Assembly (NCBI GenBank): GCA_042219765.1
Contig: JBDGPI010000040.1
Span: 53,567-92,756, forward strand
Direction of reading: 5' to 3'
DNA from: a bacterium
GTDB lineage: Bacteria > T1Sed10-126 > CAZEBV01
DNA: 39,190 nt
Shown piece after piece: positions 9,124 to 17,117 of the stretch. The stretch's first letter is position 1. Each line of letters opens with the position of its first letter. The notes under the pieces were generated by a model that saw only the letters and a list, made by a program, of their open reading frames with translations, did not search any database and was not told the DNA's origin. The translations under genes and the position numbers were made by a program.

Positions 9124-11100
9124 TTACCAGTGAATGCCCTTCAGGAGATGCGCAAAGGCAACTCCTTCCGGCGAGAGCTCCTCCTCGGGTTCCTCGGCCG
9201 TGGCCGTTGAGGGAAACAGTCGATAAGCCAGATTGAGAATAGCGTCGGAAAATTTCGGGGAGACGGCGTAAAGAATCTCAGCGAAGGTACCAAGTTTTGT
9301 GGCAATCCGCTTCGGGCGGTCAACAACCGCTTCCACGACGAGGTCGGCAGCTTCATCCGGTGTAAGCGTTGGTACGAAGTCGTAAATTTTTGTCGGTTCG
9401 ATCATCGGAGTACTGACAAGCGGCATGTATATTGTCGTAATATCCACATTTTTGTCGGTCACTTCCGGGGCCATACATTTAGAGAAAGCGTCAAGGGCCG
9501 CTTTACTTCCGACGTAAGCCGAAAACCGAGGGGAGTTGGCGAGAACACCGATACTTGAGATGTTTATGATGTGACCGTCCCTTTGCTCAAGCATACCGGG
9601 CAGTGCGTTCTTAATCATCCGAAGCGAGCCAAAATAATTTAACTTCATCGTACGCTCGTAATCGTGAAACCGTTCGAGGGATCGCTCGGCACTCCGCCGG
9701 ATTGACCGTCCAGCATTATTAACGAGTACGTCAATCGGTCCGTGCTCGTCTATGCTAGCCGCGACAGTCTCGTCGACGTCCTCGTAGTTCGTGAGGTCAC
9801 AGGGATAGACGTTCCCGCTTCCGTCACCGTTCTTCTCTATTTCGTCCTTGACGGCGTTCAAATCGTCTTCACTACGAGCCATTAGCATTACCTCTGCCCC
9901 GTTCCGGCCGGCTTTCAGTGCAACGGATCGACCGATACCACTGGACGCACCGGTAACGACGACATTTTTCCCTTCAATCTCCTCGCGAAAGTTTTTCCGG
10001 TAGTGGAGAGCCGGATCCAGGTGTCGCTCCCAGTAATCCCAGAGCCTCCAGGCGTAATCCTCGAGTCTGGGACAGTCTATCTCGGTCTCTTCAAGTGCAG
10101 TGTGGGTATTACGATCATCAAAGGTGGCGGGAATTTCAATGTTTGCGAAAACTGAGCGTGGTACTCCCAGCGAATCCGCAATACGATCAAGTACTTCCTC
10201 GACCATGGGTAAGGATGCAACCTGCTTGATGACTCCCGTCGGAAGGAAATTAAAAAGCCGTTTATCAATGCGCATATTCAACTCCGGTCCCCTGGCGGCT
10301 TTGAAAAATTCATTGACGGTATCCCCGAGGGACGGGGGATCGGGATCAACGAGATGAAAGACACTACTATCCGTTGTAGCATCGTTGGAAATGTAATCAA
10401 TAGCGTCCGCAGTATAATCGACGGGTGCTAATTGGACCTCGCTTCCCTCCAGACCAACCAGCGGTAACCAGCGAGGGACTGAATCCCGAATTTTTTGTAT
10501 GAGTTTGAAAAAATAATACGGCCCGTTAATTTTATCCATGTAACCAGTCTCTGAGGACCCCACGACGATACCGGGACGAAAAATATTCACGTCGTTTGAA
10601 CAAGATTCACGCACAACTCGTTCGGATTCAAATTTCGTTCTCATGTAGGGATTTTTGAAATTTTGCCCCTCGTTGAAGTGATCCTCGCGGAAGAGGCCGT
10701 CGTGGTCACCGGCGACGGCAATTGAACTGACGTGATTGAACGTGATATCTCGGTCAATATTATTCACGAAATCAACAAGGTTTGACGTTCCCTCGACATT
10801 TATTTTCCTGGCAGTCTCAGCGTCGACGTCCATGTCGTAGACCGCCGCAAGATGATAGACGTCGGTTATTTCATTTTGGACACGTTCACGACTGGTCGAG
10901 TCCTGTATAACATCAGGATCCGTGATGTCTCCATAAACCGGTTCAAGTTGATCCGGTTCATCCCAGAAGCTAAGTAAATCCTCGTATTTGTCCTCGGAGG
11001 ATGGACGAACCAGCAGGAAAATCGTCCTGTCACGCTCGAGGAGATTATCGACCAGAAAGCGACCGATAAGTCCAGTTCCCCCTGTAACAAAAAAGGCCAT
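9124..11100 (-). CDS. Two-domain NAD(P)-dependent reductase: N-terminal fatty acyl-CoA reductase/epimerase-like Rossmann domain plus C-terminal short-chain dehydrogenase (wax-ester-pathway FAR-like)
   Basis: The N-terminus MAFFVTGGTGLIGRFLV has the GxxGxxG of the extended SDR / NAD_binding_4 type. The second domain has VVVTGASSGIGRSVA and YVGSKAALDAF (YxxxK), which is classical SDR. ATG 11100 is preceded by AAGGAG. The size and architecture resemble the ~660-aa Marinobacter fatty aldehyde/acyl-CoA reductase; this comparison is from memory. Confidence 0.75.
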   Translation of the reverse strand: MAFFVTGGTGLIGRFLVDNLLERDRTIFLLVRPSSEDKYEDLLSFWDEPDQLEPVYGDITDPDVIQDSTSRERVQNEITDVYHLAAVYDMDVDAETARKINVEGTSNLVDFVNNIDRDITFNHVSSIAVAGDHDGLFREDHFNEGQNFKNPYMRTKFESERVVRESCSNDVNIFRPGIVVGSSETGYMDKINGPYYFFKLIQKIRDSVPRWLPLVGLEGSEVQLAPVDYTADAIDYISNDATTDSSVFHLVDPDPPSLGDTVNEFFKAARGPELNMRIDKRLFNFLPTGVIKQVASLPMVEEVLDRIADSLGVPRSVFANIEIPATFDDRNTHTALEETEIDCPRLEDYAWRLWDYWERHLDPALHYRKNFREEIEGKNVVVTGASSGIGRSVALKAGRNGAEVMLMARSEDDLNAVKDEIEKNGDGSGNVYPCDLTNYEDVDETVAASIDEHGPIDVLVNNAGRSIRRSAERSLERFHDYERTMKLNYFGSLRMIKNALPGMLEQRDGHIINISSIGVLANSPRFSAYVGSKAALDAFSKCMAPEVTDKNVDITTIYMPLVSTPMIEPTKIYDFVPTLTPDEAADLVVEAVVDRPKRIATKLGTFAEILYAVSPKFSDAILNLAYRLFPSTATAEEPEEELSPEGVAFAHLLKGIHW

Positions 11101-11493
11101 ACCGCTCAGCTCCTTTGACTGGGACTAAGGTAGCTCAATTTGACAATAACCCATGTGCAGTTAGCTCAAAACCTCATTCCGCCCGAGTTATAATATTGGA
11201 ACTAATAGGGTAAATAGTAACTTCTACGGACCATTTCATACCAATTAGACTGGCATTCACCAAAAAAAGCATATTACTTATTGATTAATAATACTATAAA
11301 GTACTGTTTATGAGGGATTTATTTAACTTGGTTTGTCCACAACGAGACTAAATGGGTTTTTCAGGAAAGCGAAAAGAGCTCACTGTTAGGGCAAACCAGG
11401 GGGGGGTTATTCTCCTGACGTTAATAACGCCACAAACTCGAGTGTAGGGGGCTAAGAGAGTAAAATTGCTGGAAGGAAGTTCGAGGGAGCCAT

Positions 11494-12861
11494 CTACTGA
11501 TGCAGAAAACTTAAACAGTAGTAGATACCACGTTCGTAGGTGTCGGGGTCTTTTTCAAGAAGAAAGTGACATCCCCCCTGGGCGTTGTTGAAATGAGCTT
11601 TGTGAGGTCCTTCTAAAATCCACTTGAAGAGTCGTGGATCCATCGTCATATTTACCGAACGAGCAGGATTGGACCCGACCTCCGAACCCGGCACAAGTTC
11701 GTATTTCCGACCATCAAAGGGCAGTTTTAATGCAGTATCGTCAAGCAGGTCAACGTAAACGACCGTATCCGTCTCAAACCCCATAGCCTTGCGTTTATCC
11801 GTGAAATTAACGAAAGCATCGGCAAGAAGGCTATCCAGTTCCTCGAGTGTGGGCATCTCCTCGGATTCGTAGGTGTATTTACGATCTTTTAGTTCGTTTC
11901 GGATATACTCCCATTTTTTGTCCTGATCCAGCGGTTCGTACTCGGCTGAAGGCTGGCGGGCGCTAACATCAAACGATTCGTCTTCGTTGAGAAGAAACAT
12001 TTCGGATTGCGAAGGATCCACACCCTCCGCCTCGTTGTGATAATAATCCCTGGCGTCGACAAGCGGTGGCATAGGGTGGTACTTTGTTCTTTCAGCCCGC
12101 TTGCCGGCAAACACAACACCGGCGGCAAAGGGGATTACCACGTCGGGGGAAAGCTCCCGCACAAAACCAAGTCCAGTCTCTATTGCTTCTTCAATAACGT
12201 TATCCCGTTCCTCAATCATTTTCTCGTGAGATAGATTATTCATGGAATGCGGATACATGCCCGCCGATGCCATCTGCGTTAGCAGGCAATCTATGTCACC
12301 GTAATTTTGTTTTACCCTTTGTGCAGCCCGCTGGGAAAGTGGCCAGCGACTGTCGTTCACGTTTACAAGGGTTTCGTCCCCGTTGTCAAAGACCCCCATC
12401 GTGTCAATGTGAGTTGACCCCTCGGTCTGATCAGTGTCATCGTCCACGAACCAGGAACACCCAAATAGGTTCTGGCAGATCTGAGGGTCACAGTCATCCG
12501 CCGCGTAAATCCCCAGGTGAAGATCGTTTTTTAGGTGATGACGTTCCCCGTGTTTCAACTCGGTAACGTCAAAACCGAGGTGTTCGATGTTTTTCCGGAC
12601 GAAGTCCCATTTGAAATCATGAATAAGTACCGGTATGTCCTTATCCATTTGATCAAGTGTCGGGTGGTGGAGGTGATCGGGATGAATGTGTGAAATGTAG
12701 ATAAAATCGACGTCGTTAAAATCGGAGGGAACGTGCTCGGTTGGCGGGTAGTGAGCCCATGAGCCGTAGAATGCTTCTCCGTCCAGCCAGGGATCGCAGA
12801 GGACTTTCACACCCCTGTCCTCGATTAGAAGTGTCGAGTGAATGATCTTGGTTACCTGCAT
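11494..12861 (-). CDS. MBL-fold metallo-hydrolase with a long uncharacterised C-terminal region
   Basis: MQVTKIIHSTLLIEDRGVKVLCDPWL is a typical MBL-fold N-terminus, and FIYISHIHPDHL is the HxHxDH metal motif. The ORF stays open upstream to a TTG at 12996, but those extra 45 codons have no RBS and are not family-like, so I prefer ATG 12861. Confidence 0.7.
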   Translation of the reverse strand: MQVTKIIHSTLLIEDRGVKVLCDPWLDGEAFYGSWAHYPPTEHVPSDFNDVDFIYISHIHPDHLHHPTLDQMDKDIPVLIHDFKWDFVRKNIEHLGFDVTELKHGERHHLKNDLHLGIYAADDCDPQICQNLFGCSWFVDDDTDQTEGSTHIDTMGVFDNGDETLVNVNDSRWPLSQRAAQRVKQNYGDIDCLLTQMASAGMYPHSMNNLSHEKMIEERDNVIEEAIETGLGFVRELSPDVVIPFAAGVVFAGKRAERTKYHPMPPLVDARDYYHNEAEGVDPSQSEMFLLNEDESFDVSARQPSAEYEPLDQDKKWEYIRNELKDRKYTYESEEMPTLEELDSLLADAFVNFTDKRKAMGFETDTVVYVDLLDDTALKLPFDGRKYELVPGSEVGSNPARSVNMTMDPRLFKWILEGPHKAHFNNAQGGCHFLLEKDPDTYERGIYYCLSFLHQ

Positions 12862-13315
12862 GTCTCGACCCTGAGTAAAAGAATATGCATTTTCACTCTC
12901 CCTCAGAAAGATTGATCCGTGGGGCAAATGAAATCCCATAAACCGACGTGGAATCGACCGGTCAGTATTGGTACCTATTCCAAAATCAACTGTCAATGAG
13001 TGTTTATCTATTCCACTGGTGAAAAAGTATTATAACAGGATAAAATGCCACATGAGACTAATCATACCATAATGCAATTTAAGAGGCTAACTCAAGCATG
13101 ATTTCTCTCTAAGCGCCCTTTACCACCTAAATGATTTGTTGACAGCCTTACTACTTTTTTAAATTTTAGATGACTTAATTTTTGAGTATTTTCTGTTGGC
13201 CCTCCGATATAATGGGGTTCTATTGATTCGCCCGGTGCAAGCGGCAGGCTCTCAAGAAGAGACACTAATACGGTCGCGTCCAGTAACATGCCCAACAATC
13301 GTAGGCGTCTGGTAG

Positions 13316-14041
13316 GTGTGTCGTTTCACGGTGAACAAAACGGCTGCGTTTTTCCTTGCTTACAACGAAGAGGAAACCCTCCCCGGACTACTGGAACGGG
13401 TTCCTGATAACGTCGACGCTTTCCTTTTTGACGACGGATCCACCGATCGAACCCCCGACATTGCCCGCGAACAGGACGTGACGGTCATTCAGCATCCAAT
13501 AAACCTCGGCCAGGGCATGACGTGCCTGACGGCTCTGAAATATTTCGTGAACACCTCCTATCAGTATGCCATATCCTTGGATGCCGATGGGCAACACAAC
13601 CCTGAAGAAATTCCAAAATTTATTGAAACGCTTGAAGCCACCGACTACGATATCGTAGCGGGCTCCCGTCTACTCGGCTCCAACTACGAGGAAGCACCGT
13701 TGTTTCGAAAGATTGGACTTAAACCGCTAAACCGTATTCTGGATTTTTTGACCAACTATCAACTCTCCGATTATATGTGTGGATTTCGGGGATTCCGCGT
13801 GGAGGCCCTACGGAAAGTTGAACCACTATTCGAAACGATGACCGAAACGAGCTACATCGCGTCCGAAATGTGGATTAAGTTTTCCCACGCCGGTCTTACG
13901 GCAGTGGATATTCCAATCAATTTAAAACAACGGGCCAGCGGAAGCTCCTACAAAGGCCATGCGTTGGCCCAGTATGGTTTCGGTGTGCTTCGAACGATAC
14001 TGCGGTCCGTTCTTGAAACGTATCGAGACCCTGATTCGTAA
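13316..14041 (+). CDS. Family 2 glycosyltransferase (dolichol/polyprenol-phosphate sugar transferase-like)
   Basis: AAFFLAYNEEETLPGLLERVP...FDDGSTDRTPDIA...LDADGQH is the GT2 signature (NEE, DDGS, DxD). The start is uncertain (GTG 13316 or GTG 13331). Confidence 0.8.
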   Translation: MCRFTVNKTAAFFLAYNEEETLPGLLERVPDNVDAFLFDDGSTDRTPDIAREQDVTVIQHPINLGQGMTCLTALKYFVNTSYQYAISLDADGQHNPEEIPKFIETLEATDYDIVAGSRLLGSNYEEAPLFRKIGLKPLNRILDFLTNYQLSDYMCGFRGFRVEALRKVEPLFETMTETSYIASEMWIKFSHAGLTAVDIPINLKQRASGSSYKGHALAQYGFGVLRTILRSVLETYRDPDS

Positions 14042-14456
14042 ATTTAACAACCCCGTATCTCGTATTCCCGAACCCCAAAATCAACCTACTTCGATTAATT
14101 TTTTAGTTTCATCAACCGGATGCGTTATCGGGGCAATTAAATTATAGTTTTACTATAGTTTTTGTTTATTAACCGTTATTTTTCAAGGTTTTTTAACTAC
14201 CCTAAGAGCACATATCATTCCTGCTTTCCTGAAACAGAGACCGTTCGATATTCGTAACGTCTTACCCGGCTGAAAGCAACCGAAAAACAATCGGGCGGAT
14301 TAATAATGGCAGGGTTTCATTCATAAAAAGCCCAGGACCTTGAATGAAATATTTGGCTTACTCTGGAGGGTACCGGTAGTTTCAAAAATACTCTGGGACA
14401 ATCGCCTGGGTACCTTTGAAGGCTCCCTTCACGAAGAAGTCCGTTGAGGGAAGTTT

Positions 14457-15599
14457 TCACGCAACGGTTTCGATAGTATTTCGACCATTTTCCTTGGCCT
14501 GGTACAACGCACGGTCCGCTCGTTTTACCATCGTGTCCTGGTCTTCCCCGTCCTGCCGGTACTCCGTCAGGCCAATACTGCAGGTCACCTGAAAGGATTC
14601 CTCGTTGGTTTCAAAATGCTCCTGGCTAAACTCTTCCCGTATCCGCTCGGCCAGGGTTTTGGCCTCCTCCAGGTCCGTGTGCGGCATTATCACCGAGAAT
14701 TCTTCTCCACCATAACGCCCGGCAACATCGGCTTCTCGTTTCTGATCCTTTAGAATTTCCCCGAATCTCTCAAGTACCCTATCCCCGGCTGAATGTCCGT
14801 AGGAATCGTTGATTTCCTTGAAGTGATCGAGGTCGATCAAAAGAAAACTGATCGGAAAATCATAGCGGTCGGCCTGTTCCAGGGTTGTTTTTAGCCGTTC
14901 CTCAAACGCACCTCGATCCAGGAGTTCCGTGAGAAGGTCATGCGTGGCGAGGTACTCGAGCTTTTCCTCTTTGAAGAAGTTCGTTCGGTTCAGGTGGTAG
15001 ATGATGTGACCTAACCCGACGCTCATGACACCACTACCGAGAATAATGATAAAGGTCGAAAAGAAATACTCCTGATAAAAAATTGATGGGCGGCCCAGGA
15101 AATACCCGACCAAAAAGCTCGAAATAACAATCATGGTACTTAATAATCGCTTACCGATACTCAGGGCCAGCGGGGTGGTTAAGAATGGAACGACGTAAAC
15201 CGTATAGAACCAGGGACTCTTGGGGGGAGCTGACCCGGCGGCCCTGGCCAGACAATAGCCGACCCAGAAAAGACAGATCAGGCTAATCAACAGAACAAGC
15301 TCATTGGAGTAAAACCGAAGCCTTTCGGAAAGCCTTATTACGATAAGAAACGTCAGTAGAAGGGGTGCTACCAGCAGGCGCCATAACGAAAACCAGTAAA
15401 ACACGTCGGAATGTTCGAATAGAAAATACTCCACGGGCCAGCTTCCGACGATCAGGAGAAGCAGCCCGGGTAACAAAATTTCGAGTACAGTGGCCGAGAG
15501 TTCGTTAATATGATTCCGGAACCGGCTCTCGTCCTTGTCGGATCGAGTGGTATGGCCAATGTACCTGGTGTAGAACGAACTTAATCTCTCGAGATCCAA
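14457..15599 (-). CDS. Membrane-anchored diguanylate cyclase (GGDEF domain)
   Basis: Multiple N-terminal TM helices, then ATHDLLTELLDRGAFEERL, LLIDLDHFKEINDSYGH and RYGGEEFSVIM (GGEEF active site). TTG at 15599 is preceded by GGGAGG with a 7-nt spacer. The ORF is open up to a TTG at 15620. Confidence 0.85.
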   Translation of the reverse strand: MDLERLSSFYTRYIGHTTRSDKDESRFRNHINELSATVLEILLPGLLLLIVGSWPVEYFLFEHSDVFYWFSLWRLLVAPLLLTFLIVIRLSERLRFYSNELVLLISLICLFWVGYCLARAAGSAPPKSPWFYTVYVVPFLTTPLALSIGKRLLSTMIVISSFLVGYFLGRPSIFYQEYFFSTFIIILGSGVMSVGLGHIIYHLNRTNFFKEEKLEYLATHDLLTELLDRGAFEERLKTTLEQADRYDFPISFLLIDLDHFKEINDSYGHSAGDRVLERFGEILKDQKREADVAGRYGGEEFSVIMPHTDLEEAKTLAERIREEFSQEHFETNEESFQVTCSIGLTEYRQDGEDQDTMVKRADRALYQAKENGRNTIETVA

Positions 15600-16004
15600 G
15601 CCGTCGCCTCCCGACTGCAATGAGAACCAGAAACAAATGGAGGACTTCTTTAAGTAAAGTGCTTCGGAACCTAAGTCTAACTCAAAAGTTCCATGCTTAA
15701 ATCAATCAGTCGCCCAAACCAACAAACGCCTGCCCTTGATCGGATTGTGTGCAACGCCCTGCCGTCAGAAAAAACCCAATGAGGAGAGTGCAGTCCCAGG
15801 GGATCAATCGGTTAACGATAAACCGCATCGACAAGCAAAACGGTCAGCAATAAGGTGTTGTTCATTGCCTCAGTGGTCATATTGACCCTAATTGTCACTG
15901 ATAAATACGGATAGCGTTTAATCCCTGCCTACGAATTCTCCGAAGCTTAACGGCCGGGACTTTGAACTGACGGTAACGGGCTGGCTTTGAAGGACTTCCG
16001 GAAA

Positions 16005-17033
16005 TCAACTTGGCTTTTTTGCGGTCAGAAGATCGTCTTCCCCGTCCATGACCATCCGTTCAACGGCCTCAAACCCGGCGTCCTGAAGAAACGTTTCGTA
16101 TTCCTCGAGCGTATAGTTGCGTCCAGTATCCGTCGCAAGGATCATGTGTAAATCAAATAAATTACCCTCCGGTGGTCCTACTCCCCCATTTTCCAGAACA
16201 TAATCCCGAAGAATGATTCGTCCCCCCGGGCGCAGAGTGTCCGCCGCCCGGTTCAGGAGAATACGATTCTTGTCTTCACCAAACATGTGGCAGATTGAAA
16301 AGAGGCAGGCAACGTCAAAATCCTCACCGTAGGATTCCGTCTCAAAAAAATCCAATTCCCTGTAGGAGAGTCTTTCTGACAGGGACGTTCCGCTGGAGAA
16401 ATCCTCGGCGATTTCGACAACGTGAGGAAGATCCGCCAGGACAGCTTCAGCGTCAGGCATTTCCTCAAGAATGGCCCGTGTGAAGACTCCCGTGCCACTT
16501 CCTAAATCAATAATTCTTTCGCCGCCGCTCAGAAGGGACGTTACCGTTTCTGCTACGGAGTCCTTGACGAAATGCGCCCTGGTTTCCATTGCAAGCATAA
16601 AGTCCCGCCCGAACTCAACGTCTCCAAAGACGGAACTTTCCACTTGATGACCCTCCGTTAGGATTTCGGGAAGTTTATTCCAGATTTCGTAGTTCCGGTG
16701 AAAGAGTTGTATTATCGGGCGAAGATCGAATTCTGACCCCTCCAGGAGAAAGGTCGTGGTAAGATCCGAGGGCCGGTAGGTCTCCGGGGCCGTCCGGTCG
16801 AGTAATCCCACGGAGGCAAGAGTCCGACAAAACCGGTACACGGCGTCGGCGTTCTCGCCGTCCCGGAGGACTTCATCAACTGAGGATCCTGATTCACTGA
16901 ACCGTTCCAGTATATTTTCCTCCACTGCAGTGGTAAGAAGACGGCTAGTGCGAAAATCCCGTACCCACGTCATCAATGTTTTGAGTTGCTCGCGGACTGT
17001 GCCGGTGTTATCCAGTGTCGGATTAGAACTCAT
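16005..17033 (-). CDS. SAM-dependent O-methyltransferase (Methyltransf_2/COMT-like, with an N-terminal dimerisation/winged-helix region)
   Basis: IIDLGSGTGVFTRAILEEMPDAEAVLADLPHVV is SAM motif I followed by an acidic loop. The ~340-aa length and N-terminal helical domain are typical of this family. ATG 17033 is preceded by GGAGTGA. Confidence 0.75.
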   Translation of the reverse strand: MSSNPTLDNTGTVREQLKTLMTWVRDFRTSRLLTTAVEENILERFSESGSSVDEVLRDGENADAVYRFCRTLASVGLLDRTAPETYRPSDLTTTFLLEGSEFDLRPIIQLFHRNYEIWNKLPEILTEGHQVESSVFGDVEFGRDFMLAMETRAHFVKDSVAETVTSLLSGGERIIDLGSGTGVFTRAILEEMPDAEAVLADLPHVVEIAEDFSSGTSLSERLSYRELDFFETESYGEDFDVACLFSICHMFGEDKNRILLNRAADTLRPGGRIILRDYVLENGGVGPPEGNLFDLHMILATDTGRNYTLEEYETFLQDAGFEAVERMVMDGEDDLLTAKKPS

Positions 17034-17117
17034 AGCGTCTTAATCACTCCGGATTCCCGAGAAAGCGTCAATGCAGGGCGCAAAAAGAAGCCCTCGGGCG
17101 ACAATGAACCCGTAAGT

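Noticed and set aside
11399-11406. A G8 homopolymer about 300 nt upstream of the reductase gene. Similar tracts include C7 at 20277..20283.
   Set aside because: They are intergenic and not positioned between -35 and -10 elements or within a reading frame that I can identify. There is no evidence for phase variation from a single sequence.
13139-13213. Promoter-like hexamers upstream of the GT2 gene (TTGACA at 13139..13144; TATAAT at 13208..13213)
   Set aside because: The two hexamers are about 60 nt apart. Neither has a properly spaced partner (candidate partners are at 15 or 20 nt and have poor sequence). No promoter call can be supported.
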